From Oculina patagonica (taxonomy: Eukaryota): DNA of 64,000 nt. Both the position numbers and the translations under genes were made by a program. This document shows, piece by piece, positions 44,092 through 57,833 of the stretch. Under the pieces are notes generated by a model that was not told where the DNA came from, searched no databases, and was given only the letters and a program-made list of their open reading frames with translations. The stretch covers positions 36,766,001 to 36,830,000 of the forward strand of contig NC_135763.1 in the NCBI RefSeq assembly GCF_052425735.1, read 5' to 3'. Every line of letters begins with the position of its first letter. The first letter of the stretch is position 1.

Positions 44092-47000
44092 ACTGAAATT
44101 TGACTGATGTGATATATTCACAATTTACTTCAAGAGGCCATGTGTCACGTATAGTTCAGTTAAGACGATTCGTTCTTCTATACATATTTTTTTTCTTATA
44201 TGTGTTTAATGAAAGCGTATCCTAACTATAGAGTATTAAGATTGTAGAAAAACTGTTCAAGACTTTAAACGACGTATTTGTCAAAATGACAAGACTAAGT
44301 CAAGTTTAAACCTTGACTTTAAATAACGGTAGACACTTTAATTTAAACAAAGACGCATTCACGTCCTTACATTCCAAGACATAGTCTCTTTATGAATTTT
44401 GTTAAAGATGAACAGAGAATTCTCCCTATCAATACGACCGCATGGTTTCCAACATTTACATTTTGGTTTTCACTGCCTGAATTGTGTTAATGGGAGGATA
44501 ACCCAGATTGCAAGATCTGGTTTGCAATTAATCCCAACTGACTGGTTAATCTACTTTGGATTTGGTCTTACATCGGTTTTCCTGTAACCTGCCGGGATTT
44601 GGTAAGTTGTAAATACTTTTATTCAGAGTTCAACAAACTTGTGCGATTGTCGGTCGTACTGTTCAACCAATGGCGTTTGTATACCACGAACGAGAGAAAG
44701 CCAAACTTAGGTTTGTACACTTTTCCTACTTAAAATTCCTAAATCGACTTTGTCTATGTGAATAGCAGATGACAGTATTGCTAATGACAAATCTGTGACC
44801 CTTGGATTCGCGATTGATTTGGAATTAAGAAAAGTGGAGGAAAGAAAACGGGGAATCCAGAGAAAAGCCCTCGGAGCAAGGACGAGAACGACAACACTCT
44901 CTACCCAGACATGTCGCCAGGTTCGGAGTTTAAACCGGACCACGTTGAAAGGAGGTTAGCGCTCTCATCGAGAGCGAGCGCGATCCCCCAGCCATCTTTG
45001 CACTTGCCGCAAATGAATTGTCTCCTGTGTCTTACACTCGCTCGAAAACAAATACACTGTAACTATGGTTATAAAAATAGATACTTAAATTTAGTTTTGT
45101 AGAAAAATAACCCTTCTGTAACTCAGACGGATTAAAATGATATAGACATCCAAGATTGTCCCAGGTTTAGCCAGGACGTAGCTAGAATGGGCAATCATGA
45201 ATCACCCAGAATTAAAGATTAATTCATGGTTTTAGTAGCGGAGCTCGCAGCGCGCGAAGCGCGCCAGCGGAGCACCATGGGTAATGCGGGTAATGATTTT
45301 TGTCAAACCATGAAGCCAGAAAAATTTGGTTGCGTACGCGCGCGCCCCGCGCCTACAGACTCTCGGGGAGGAGGAGGGGTGTCACAAGGCAACCCGACCG
45401 GGGGAGGAGAATGTCCTATTATTATTATTCCCCAACGACTGCTTTTATCTTTATCTTTGATATTTGACATGATTGGACGTCTTTGTTGTGGTCAATTGAC
45501 AGCTGTCAAAACAAGGATTCCGCTGACCAGTATCACATGACCATATCGCGGGCTCAAATGTTGACCACATCGAGGTTAAATGTTTTTTTAAAGTTGACCG
45601 CTGACCGAGACATTTTCGCCATTGAATCGCGGGCGCAAAGACATTTCCATGGTCATTTGCTGTAGATTCACATGAAGGAGCAAGTGAGAAAATGGAAGTA
45701 CGCATTTATGCTCGGCAGACTGTCGGCTCGGCTAAATATTTTCGTACGATTCGGACAAGCGAAAACAAGCTGTATTTTGTACTTGGTTGGGAGCAACTGC
45801 AGAATACCCGACCACTTTTTTTCGTCCATTAATCCACTGTTCCCGAGAACAAAGGAACGGAGACAAAATGAGCAGTGTACTGGTGAAGGTGAGTACACTG
45901 AAGACTGCAGTGTTTTTGTTATTATCTCTACGTTTTGTCTCACTTGATATGCAAAGTAAGCTTATATTTACGGCACATTTTACTTGCTAAAGCTTATGTT
46001 ATTCCCTGGTTTCGCCACTAAGTATTTGCTTGTGACATGGCTACTGTTGAAAAATACTATTCCTTAAAATCCAGTTTTACTGAACGCAAATAGGAGAATT
46101 TGATTTGTAAACATATATTTATTGGACCATTGAGGGACGAATTCACAAATAATTAAGATCAACACATTTCGAAGAAAATTACGATTTTAAAATCAGGTTT
46201 GTGATGTGATTATTTTGTTTTACAGTGCTGGGAGAGCAGCTGCTGGAATTTCGAGATAAAAATGAGAGTGATAGCAGTTTGCAAGAAGCGCCTGAGATTT
46301 TGTTTACTCCGAGTGGAATAGATGCAGTGCATGCAGTTTATTGATATTCGTGATGGAGGTAAAATGACTGTTCATTTAATCAGAGTAAATAAACATCATT
46401 ACTTATCTCATTTCTTAATGCCTTTACTGAAAGCTGGAACTTTTGTGAGTAAATTCATAGCATTTAAGACACTGTATGCATCTGTGTATGCAAACTTTAA
46501 TACATTGACTATTATTATTACAGCTAGTGATGAATGTGTATGTTTGAAGATGTTAGTATAATACTAATACTGTAAGGAGAAAAGCTTTTAGGATATGGCA
46601 ATGTTTTTCCTATGCATGTACATGTGTAATATGTTGCTATAACTTTATATAATTCTTATCAAGGCTTAAAAAATAAATTTGTAACCCATAAAATGAAAAA
46701 AAATTCTTACTGCTTGTACTACCTGTTCAGTAAGAAATACCAGTGATGGTGTCATGGCATTATGTCTTGGGCCAACGGACAGGGCTTCTTGGTCTGTTGC
46801 GCTCAAATTATCAAACATAAATCAACTTAGGTTTACCAGTAATCCAAGAAATCCCCAAGTAGAAAAGCTAAAATTATACCCCGGTGTAGTTAGAATTTAG
46901 TAACACTACACTAGTGTATTTATGGAAGAGGCTAATTTTATATTTTGATGGGCCATAATATAACACAGAAATTTTTGTAAATCATTTTAATAAACAGGGC

Positions 47001-48211
47001 CATTTACAAGAGTTGGTGTGGTGGTTTTTAATAAATATTATTATGTCAATCATTCTTTTAGCTAGTGTTATATTCTACCATTAAGCCATCATGATGAATG
47101 AAGAACACGTACATGTATAGAATGCTCTCTGCAAAGTGGACAACAACAAAGTAAATCAGGTATCTATAGCTACCGGTAGTTTTTATAATTGAAATATGTT
47201 TTCATTGGTTTCATTCAGTTTCTGTAATTTGTTTCAGCTGCTTTAATCTGTATTTGGTTGCTCAGCTGATCTACCTACTTTATGAAATATTTTGCTTTCA
47301 TTACTCCACTCCTCAATGATATATTTCAAAACAAATATTAGTAAACAATTAAATTATAAAGTTTCAATTAAGGTTGGTTTTCATGAAATTCACAGATCTA
47401 AGTACCAGAAAATATCTGGCCCTAGCCTCACTGTGGAAGGTTTAATGGTTTGAACACCTCCCCTCAAACACTCCTTTTAAAATTCCAATGCGTGGTTGCA
47501 GCAGATATCCAGCTTGTCCTCAGTGTATGAACCTGTGAAACTTACCAATGATAAACAAATAATAACCAAGGCATCAATGCAAAGAACCTCAAAACAACAT
47601 AGAGCAGGAAAACAATAGCCCCAAAACAACGACAAAAAATATTTCACAGGTTCTTACACCAAGGAAAATCCAAATATTCAGATCCTTCTCATGTAAGGTC
47701 AATGGAATATCCCAAAGGGCTAGGGGGTGGGGTCAAAGGCCAAACATTTTAATTAAGAAGGGGTGTGAGGGTTTGCAGTGATGTAAATTGAGTTTATTGG
47801 AAAATTTAGCTGACTTCACAGTTATCAGTAAAACAAAATAGTCTGCGCTGATACATCTCAGTTAAATTTCTAATGGATCCTGATCCTTTCACATCCAGTG
47901 GTTTTGCTTCAGTTAAACAAGCTTGAGTATGTGTTTTGTTTTATAAATTATTGATATTGATGCCAATTAATCTGTGGCATTTGACTTAATTTCTTCAGGG
48001 TTAACACAAGTTGCAGAGTTTGCAGTGAGTCACAGACACAAAAACAGAATATGGACAAGGATATAAAAAACCAGGAAAGATTTATTGCTCAATGTTTGGG
48101 TGTCATCATGATGCTATTTTCAAGAGACTTGTAAATTACATGTAAATTAAAATAAAGAGGAGCCTTTTCACCCCTGTGGGAAATACCACATTTTTGTAAA
48201 ACGGTAACTAT

Positions 48212-49171
48212 CCCGGCATATCAAATCGAACGAGATCGAACAAATTTTTCATCGAACTCAATCGAACGAAATAGAATCTAATCGAACGATTAAATTCGAT
48301 TTTGTTCGGTCATCGAACGAAATCGGACAACAACTTTTTTTGTGAGTTCGATTTCCGAACCAAATCGAACGAAATCGAATTAAGCGTTCGATTAAGTTCG
48401 GAAATCGATGTGGCTAAAATTTAAAAAACAAAATTGGAACCTAGCGGAGCGAGTAAAAAGTTAATGATCATTCCTTAAATGGTTTTGGAATAAGTGACTG
48501 GACACGGTATCGTATATCTTTGTCTTTTTATTTGATCCTAAAGAAATAAAACATAATATTCGAGCAATCTAATACGCCCGGGAATACGTTAAAACTCGTA
48601 CGAGGGATCAAATTACAAATACTCAAATACAACCCCCGATGTATCTGCGTATCGTATCAAGTGAAAACCGTATTTTAGAATAACATTTTGCGAATTAAAA
48701 CTTTATATGATCGATTAAACAATACAGCATTGCACATGGGAATGAAGGTGCACGCCGTATGTGACATCAGTGTTAACCGTATTTTTATTGTTGTTAGTGG
48801 CAGAATTATTTCTCCATTTTGACATAAAAAGTATGGAAATAAAGGAAACATAACTTAAGATGGCTTCATCGATGGACGCATTTACCCGGGAATTTATCCC
48901 CGTGATCATCAAATGAAGGAAAACTGAACATTCGCTCGATTCAGATCATATCTTCATACGACGTAAGCCGCTCGCTTTGGCGTCGTTCGACGACCGAACT
49001 AAATCGAACCTCATCGGACTTTATCGAACGTTCGATTTTGTTCGATTTGCATTTATTTTTTGTGAGTTCGATTTCGTTCGATGACCGAACAAAATCGAAT
49101 TTAATCGTTCGATTAAGTTGGATTGCGTTCGATTGAGTTCGAAAACCGAACGTTCGATTTGATACGCCGGG
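48212..49171. mobile_element. MITE with tcgaac-rich arms, 7-bp TSD taactat
   Basis: cccggcatatcaaatcgaacg / cgttcgatttgatacgccggg. TSD at 48205-48211 and 49172-49178. Confidence 0.9.
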
Positions 49172-50125
49172 TAACTATGGACCTGAAGACCACATACTAT
49201 ATTTCATTTAAATGGTATTGTTTGTTTGTAGCATGTCATAAATCAGACTAACAGACATAGAGGAAGTCACTGTTTTAATTCAAAACCCAAAAAATAAAAT
49301 ATTTAAAATATCTCATTCTGCCTATATTTTGGGTATACCCCTAAAGTATAGCTTAATTTTCAGCTGTTAATGTGAGGGTTGTTGTCACTGAGATATTAAT
49401 TTGATTTTTTAAAGTAAAAGAGGAAAAAGTTGCAGGGGTGGGTAATAAGGTCTCATATGCTAGGGTGGGGTATGATTTTATGCTTAAAAGACAGCAGATC
49501 TGTTTAAGACCTTTATATGTTCAAATTTCATAGAAATTGACCAATTATTGAGCATGTAATGGCATCTTGTGCCATATGGCACTCTTGGGAGTGAAAGGGG
49601 TTAACATATTTACTGTGAACTTCAGTAAACAACGACTTGATTGACCTGTCGCTTTCACATCTTGTAAGATGTAACAAGGGCATTATGAAGTGATCTTTTC
49701 AAGAAATTGCAGCAAAAACAGCAACAGAAGAAATGAATGGGAGTTTAAAATTGCTATTTTCAATATTTTGAGTGGTAAGAAACCAGTTAAACCGGCCGGT
49801 TAACATGACCTGCAAGTGTACAAATATTTCGAGCCCTTTACTTCACAGGACGTAGTTATTATTATCATAAGTTCTTTGGATGACCTTGGGGGAGGAAGTG
49901 GAGTTACAAAGCAATGCAATAATTTGAATTTGGATTGGTAATGCCGAAACTGGTGGTACTATAACAACAGTATACAGGAGTTTAAAATCCTGATTGCAAG
50001 CAATATGCAGTACCAATTTTATTCTTATGTACTGTATGCTGTATACAATTTATATGAACAGCTATAATTTTAAAAGTAGTGAAATATTCTAAAGCCAGAT
50101 AAAATTTGCAGAATCCATGCAGTAC

Positions 50126-50320
50126 CTGCCTCGTCCCCAGGCGTCCTCGTCCTTGGTCGTGCACGGTTCGCTTGGTGTTGTGGGACTGACGTGCACGGTT
50201 CGCTTGGCGTTCTGGGCCTGATGCGGACGGGGAAGCGGACTAACCATCAATCCCCGCGCTCCCTGTTTTCCCGCCTTACCGCCTCAACGTCCGGCCAATC
50301 GGCGCCTGGGGATGAGGCAG
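50126..50320. mobile_element. MITE with 9-bp TSD atgcagtac
   Basis: ctgcctcgtccccaggcg / cgcctggggatgaggcag. Confidence 0.88.
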
Positions 50321-53300
50321 ATGCAGTACCATGTAGCAACCAAATTACGACTCATTTGCTTACTTTGTGAACTCCATGACGAATGGGCAACATGTCTCCA
50401 CAAAAATGTGGAAAATAATACATACAAATTATTAACAGAGTACAGTCAAAGTAATGATGTTATATTTTTCTTGCATAGTGACCATAGTTATAATGCACAA
50501 GCAAACATGATTGTATCTTTTTTGTGTAATCAAATAACAAAACTGAGTTGAGACTCACAAACAATTCTAGCTTCCCAGAATTTTTGCTTTTTTTCTGTGA
50601 GTGAAGTGAAACCCCTTAGGGCAAGGGGACGCAAAAAAACATGTAAAAGCTTTCACTACAGTTTGCATAGAGTTGTTGGTTCGGGCAATATGGTGTTTAC
50701 TCTTAGCTATAACCTCTGTAGTTTCCAATCAAAATTTAAATATATGCAAATAAGTGAAAATAAAAAAAAATAAATGAAAATAAACCTTATTCTAAATGTA
50801 GATGTTCACTATTTCCTTTATACTCTAAATGTTAAGTGTCTTTCCTTCTGTTTAACCTGGTAAAGCCCTACTCCCCCCTCCTTTTTCCTACACGAAGGTT
50901 ACATATATGTAACCTTCGTCATTTCTTCGTCATTCAGACTTCTGCTGTCGGTGGAATTATAACTTTTTGATTGATTTTGTTTGTTCTCGTATTTGGTGTT
51001 GCTGTACTCGGTAAAAAAGAATAAGGAATAAAATCAATATTTATAAAAAATAAAACGAATAATGCCAGAATGCCAGAATTTAGAGTTCAATGAAGTGCAA
51101 AATAATTACCTGTGGAGCTCCGCTTTTAGGCTTGCCTAAATCTATATATTATTACTTGTCAATACTAGTTAATATAAGTCAGCTTTATGTACAATATATA
51201 ATTCTAACTAAGACATAAAAGATTTATTTAAACAATAACTTAAGTGAAAGACAAACATACGTTAACCAGTATTGGACGTTATGTCTCGTCTACCTTCTTG
51301 AACTTTCAAAAATTATGTATACGTATTTTAGGCCTTTTAGGGCTTTAGAGCGCGTCTCAAAGGCGTGCCTATACCGTCTGTGACGATAGTTTTACGAGTT
51401 AAAAGTTTATTTTTAACCAAAAGAGTTGCGCTTCAAGCAGCAATAAGTTATTTGTTGCGAGAATATTAATTCACGTTAATTCAGCAATTTGCACACTATG
51501 CGTACCTATAACTCGATGCGTAAAAGATATTTATTTTGATTTTGCTTGAGCGAGCCTGTAATGAGTAGTTTGATGCTGGTCATGGCAAAACGCTCACTTA
51601 TTTAAAAATGATTTTCTTACTTTCTAATTATTGTTATTAGAGAATATTTATTAAAAGAAAAAAATGATTCTCTGCATTCTGTGAATTGTTTTATGGTCAC
51701 GTGCTAAAATTATGTCACTCTGTATATATATTATCATAATTAAATGCTAGCTAATATAATTGCCTGTTTCTTTGATTGTCATAATAAACTATCAAAAAGA
51801 AGTAACTTATCTATTGAGTTTAACCATTGGTTTCTGGTACAACTCGAAGTCGATATGGAACTGACCAAGAAACCAAGAGATTTTCTCATCGTTCAGTTAC
51901 ATTCAGTAGGCAAATCAATTTGTTTATGTTCATTAAAAAATCATTTAAATCATTTAGACCTTATAGCTTCCGGCGTCAACAAAACAGCACGATATCAACT
52001 TGTTATCTACTTTCGACAGCTCGTTCTCGATTTATGAGATGTGATTGGTCTGTGCAAGGAAACAGACAATACCAATAAGTTAACTGACCGTGACTGAGAA
52101 AGAAAATTTAAATATTCTTACTAGAGTTTTCCCGTAGCAAAATCTCTGCAACTGCTTTAAAGGGATTTATAAAGAAGTCCTTTCACTGGCTTCTTAAAAC
52201 ACCATTTTCATCATATGGCCCCACTTGTCGCTGATCCACAGTGCTAGGTAAGTTGCATGGCTTCTTGAAATGTAATCTCTTCTCATGTGCAAAACCATAA
52301 ATCAAAACATGTACAATCTTCATTATGATGAAATTACTATTAGACACACCGCATGTTAACTGGCCACTAGAGGTCTTACCAAAAGCAGATTACATCATTA
52401 CATACCCCAAGGAAAAAAAATGAATGTCTGTTTCACATCTAGAAGTGATTACATCACTGTATCCATGGCAGAGACGATTATAACCAGCGCTTTTCTTCGA
52501 TCGCCGTCGCACGAAGCGACTAGAAGTATTGGCTCTCGCATCCTTGCATGGAATGCTTTTACAGATTCGAATAATTAGCCTCGAGTACATTTGCTTATGG
52601 AGTTTCTGTACCCATTTAAACCCTAGTACTTAACGATAAATATCGTGTAACTTGACGGTAATTATGTAAGACATGTTTTCTATGATCATTTAATTACCTG
52701 CGTCCAATTCGATATTAAAATCAATTTGTATTTGTCTGATCGAAGAATTGCTGTGTTTACGCGTAATAATGTGGTCTAGTTTATTTTCAATTTTGACGAA
52801 TTTTGAGATTCGAATTACAATTAGCTTCGTCGATTAGAAAGAAGGTGCTGCAACAGCCTTTGCAGTTGTCTTTTATTTCGGAATCATTGCAGACTCGGTA
52901 GGAAAAGGTATTTCACAGTAAACTTTATGGAAACAAAGGGAAACAGCGTATGGTGTTAAGTGACGAAGATAGTATGAGTTAAGTTCATCACAATTAATTT
53001 CTTCAATTAAATGCTACTTATAAATCAAGCCAAACAACAATTTATAAAATCTTGATAACAACAATCCTGACACAGAAAGCGAAAAGTACCACTTTCGAAC
53101 GATGGTTTCGCAAAACTATATGCATTTGAATTCTGCATACACATTTAACACTGTTTAAAGTCGTAAATACGGAATGATTAACTCTGTTTTTCAGCAACTC
53201 AACTGCTGACACCACGATCAATAACTCATTTAAAAGCTTAGTCTAATTATTAAATGAAAGTAAGTTACTGACCCGTTTCCTTGAATCAATTGCCATATTT

Positions 53301-53750
53301 TTGTTGTTTATTTTTTAATGCAAATGATGTCAAAGAGAACTGAAAACGTTGCCGCTGCGTGTTGTCCGAAATAGCTTAGAATCCTATTTAAAACTGCACA
53401 CAAAAGTTTTAATCAAGAGCATCATAAAAATGACATTAGCTTGCATCGAAAGCCGTCTTACTTTAAAAATTAAGTCGTGTGGATTAATTAAGCGGAAAGA
53501 AGGTCAAATTATGTAACAAAAGTTACTAAAATATTGTTCACTACAATTCGGAAAAATGTTACTCAAAAAGATCAACAAAATGCTGAACGAATTACTATTG
53601 TTTCCGTCACGATGTAAATAGACTGGCCCATTTTAGTGTATATTGCATTTAATTTATGTACAACGCATAAAATTACATTAATATTAGAACATAAGATGAA
53701 CCAAGGTTGGCATTTTCGATTCATATTAAACTGCAATAAGCATTTGTATG

Positions 53751-54038
53751 CATGCTCGTCCCCATAGCCCTTTCGTTTCTCTTAGCCGGCTGGGCCTTGG
53801 TACGAGGAAACGAAGGGCTCTGGGGACACAAAATTTCCAGTCCTAGATTCTAGGACTTCCGGTCTTCATGTATGCAGTCATGACGTTTCAAAAGAATGTA
53901 TGTGAGAGTCGTTTGGTTTTCGACTTCCGTTTAGGAAATCTTTGTTCCAAACAGCCAATCAAAAAATGTCCCCAGAGCCCTCCGTTTTCTCGTGCCAAGC
54001 CGGCTAAGAGAAACGAAAGGGCTATGGGGACGAGAATG
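53751..54038. mobile_element. MITE with imperfect 9-bp TSD atttgtat(g/c); 37-bp mini-MITE relative nearby at 54064-54100
   Basis: catgctcgtccccatagccctttcgtttctcttagccggct is inverted at the right end. Absent from copy 1 (~2040). Confidence 0.88.
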
Positions 54039-54811
54039 ATTTGTATCAAGAAAACACTGTTTACAACCTCGTTCCCAGGGTCTCTCTGGGAATGAGGTTG
54101 TACTGCATACAGAAATGAACGTTTAACTGCAGACTATTTAGTAAAGTGACGTAGATCGATAGAAGAAAAGGCGTTATATGTTTATCGTTAAAGAGACTTC
54201 GTTACAATTGAGGCCATTTCTGTCAGTGATGCGTAAAATTACTTTACTTGACTAAGGAAACGTCAACACAATACAGTGGAACCTCTTGATACGGACACTT
54301 TCAGAATTATGTTATTTTTTATCTGTTTCTAATACTATTTTATATTAATTTTAGATAGTTTTAGTTAAGTGTCCCCTATTAGCAGTGGGGTATTCCTACT
54401 GCATGATGTTATTGACACATTAATGAAATCATTATTATTATTATTACGCCAAAGGGACTGGGAAAAACGTCCGTGCAGGTGTTCATATCACAGAGAAATA
54501 TTAATTTTTATTATGTGAGGTTTGTCTCTTTCGGACCAAACAAACAGTTTGTAATAATAGGGGGGTGTTCGTATTGTAGATGTGTCCCTAGGGAAAGTTT
54601 CAACGGTACATACATGTAGGTCACTAAAATAGAAAACATCAAATGGGTTGTATTAAATCATAAATACAAGGATGGTTCATATTGAGTCGGTGGGGGGATG
54701 GGATGGATTTATTTTCCGTGAAGGAATTCACCTTTTCCTTATTGTCCCTTTCTTTTACAGTGCGGAGCATTAAAACAACAAAAACATTTTGTTAAAAGCA
54801 ACGATAATATT

Positions 54812-57781
54812 ATGGAGGAGGATACGGAATGCATATATGGTATGAACAACACATCAGTAAATCAATGAGATTTTTTTTATCATTTGTCCCTTTTGTAGTC
54901 TGATCACGTCTAAAATAATGAGTGTTTTCCTTTTTACGCACATGCATAGCCACAGTTACACTGTTCCTTCGACGAAATAGACTAAAATGGAAATTGTCCT
55001 ATTTGAACTTTTTAGCAAAACCAATCAAAACCAGTTATTCGATGAGATTGGGTATGGTAACAAGGTAGATGTTTGTTTTATCAGCCGTAGCAAAATAAAA
55101 CGCTATCGTGAACTTGCAGTCGGTTTTCATTCAATGAAAATCGAGATAGGGAATATTGATAACGTTTAATTATCAATTCCCGAGGGATTAGGGATTAACA
55201 CGTTCTGGGTCAGTATAAGAAAACCGGTGTTATTATAGTGGCGGATCTAGGGGAGATGCCATTTGTTATTTTCTTATATCTTGCAGATGAGGTCAGGCAG
55301 CTGGTTGCTGTGTCCCCAAACAAGGCACAATATGATGTAAGAAATTTACAAATAAATAAATAAATAAATAAAATATTTGCCTACAAATATAATTTTTATG
55401 CTTTCTCTCCCGGCATTTTTGTTCTTAAGTTGTATTGGTTCTTGAGGGGAGCCAATGATATTTAAGTCAACTAGCTCCCCCCTCAGATTGTGGGTAGGTC
55501 ACGTGACCAAGCAAACCGTGTGTAAACGGTCCAAAAAGCCGTTTGAGAGAAATGTCTCCTGTTTCTGCACCTAGTTTTTGTTTCGTCTTGAACTCCATAC
55601 TTATTTTAAAAGTCGAAAATAATAAAAGGATGAAAAGATAAACGAAAACTGTAAAGTTACTGAAAGGAGCTTAATTGACATTAAAAACAATCAATGAACT
55701 GACCTCACGAAAATCCAATAAAACTGTTATTAATGAAATGGAATATAGTGGGGTAAATTCTGAAGATCAAACAGATATAGCAGAAATGCTTCACTCCTTT
55801 TTCACAGAAGTTGGGCCAAGCCTTAGTGGAGACGTAACAGAAGTTGAAAAATCGTTCGACGAATTTCTTACCGCAACTGATAAAAATTTTGTTTTTGAAA
55901 AAACAACACCTACACGTGTTTTTGCACTACTATCAAAGCTTTGTAGGTCAAAGGCAACAGGATTAGATAATATTTCAGCGAAACTTCTAAGGGAATGTCC
56001 TGATTTACTGGCGGAATCTCTCACTCATATATTTAATCAATCCCTAATGACGGGTATCTTTCCCGATGAGTGGAAATCTGCCAGAGTCACTCCATTGTAT
56101 AAAAATTCTGGGAAGCGTTCTGATCCGACGAATTATCGGCCAATATCAGTTATTCCAGTTGTGGCCAAAGTCTTTGAACGGATAATTTACGATCAACTTT
56201 ATCATTATTTAACAAAAGACAACTTTCTCTCGTGCCATCAATCTGGTTTTCGGTCTCTGCATTCCACGCTCACCGCACTTATCGAAGCTACAGATAGCTG
56301 GGCCTTGGATGTAGACCGTGGTCTTGTTAATGCCGTAGTCTTTTTAGATCTCAAAAAAGGCATTTGATACAGTAGATCACGATATTTTGTTGCGAAAATT
56401 GCAATACTATGGGATTTGTTGGACCAGTCATCAATGGTTTGCTTCTTATTTAGATAATCGAACACAGATTTGTCATATTAATTCTTGTAAGTCAACTCCG
56501 AAATGTCTAAGATGTGGTGTTCCCCAGGGAACAATTTTGGGACCTCTTCTGTTTTTGATATATATTAATGACTTACCACACTGTCTGACATATTCGGAAC
56601 CCAGAATGTACGCAGATGATACTAGCCTAACACTTGCTAGCACTGACATTAAGCATATAAATTATCGCTTTAATCACGACCTGAGAAATGTGTACGAATG
56701 GCTGTCTGCTAACAAGCTTACTCTAAATATGACGAAAACTGAGTTTATGCTTATTGCATCAAGGCAGAAGTTATCACAATTTACGGAAAGTCCCTCTCTT
56801 ACTATAAACGAGAACGCAATAGAACAAGTAACCTCCGCTAAATCCCTCGGAGTTTATGTTGATCAAAATATAAACTGGGAGTGTCATATTGAAAACATTT
56901 CTAAGAAGATAGCTTGTGCCATTGGTGCAATTAAACGAATTCGGCATCTTACCCCATTTAATATTTTAATCAAAGTTTATAATAGCCTTATTCAACCACA
57001 ATTTGATTATTGCAACACAGTGTGGGGAAGCTGTAACAAGGGCCTTGCTGAAAAACTGCAAAGGCTTCAAAACCGCGCAGCTCGTACCCTAATGTCTGCG
57101 AGCTATGATAGTAATTGTATCGTGACGATGTTAATGCTTATCGTTTAAGGAATACCGAAAACAAAGTTTGTTCTTCCACAACCTCGAACTGATTATCTCA
57201 AGAAAATTTTTTCGTACAGCGGAGCTCAGTTGTGGAACAACTTACCTATAGATCTAAGGGCCTGTAATGATTCCGGAATACTTTCTCCGGAGCTCATTCG
57301 GAATGAAGTTCGTTCTGCACCGGAGTCGACCGGCCACCGGCTCACGTGAGTGGTTCGCGCGAGATCAAAAACAAAGATGGCGCGGTCGCCACATGTTATT
57401 GTCCCCAATGACCATTCTGACGATTTGACCGAGGGCGCCACGGAACTCACCCCGCTGAGTTCCTGCCTCGGCGGAGAGCGGACGATGACGAACCAGGAGA
57501 GACCGGACGACCGCGGCCCCGGAGTTCGCCCGACAGAACAGAAAGGGAGAGGGAAGGATGAACTCGTTCCGGAGAAAGTCACCGGAATCATGTAAACAGG
57601 CCCTAAGACAAGCATCTTCACTGGCCGATTTCAAATCTAAATTAAGTCGGCACAGTTTAAAGTAATATCTAAATTTTAAGTAAATTTTAGACACGGCCTC
57701 CATGAAAAGCAGACTTTTCTTTTGTAATTTTGAATTTGTTGTTATTAAATTTTTGTAGTTAGTTAGATAGGTAGATAGTCC

Positions 57782-57833
<52 letters not shown>

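Larger units (their letters stand above)
45234..51150 (+). mobile_element. Second Helentron/HINE-type non-autonomous element (~5.9 kb including nested MITEs)
   Basis: 5' tt|agtagcggagctc followed by GC hairpin. 3' gagctccgct (51115-51124) then hairpin tttaggc-tt-gcctaaa. Confidence 0.6.
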
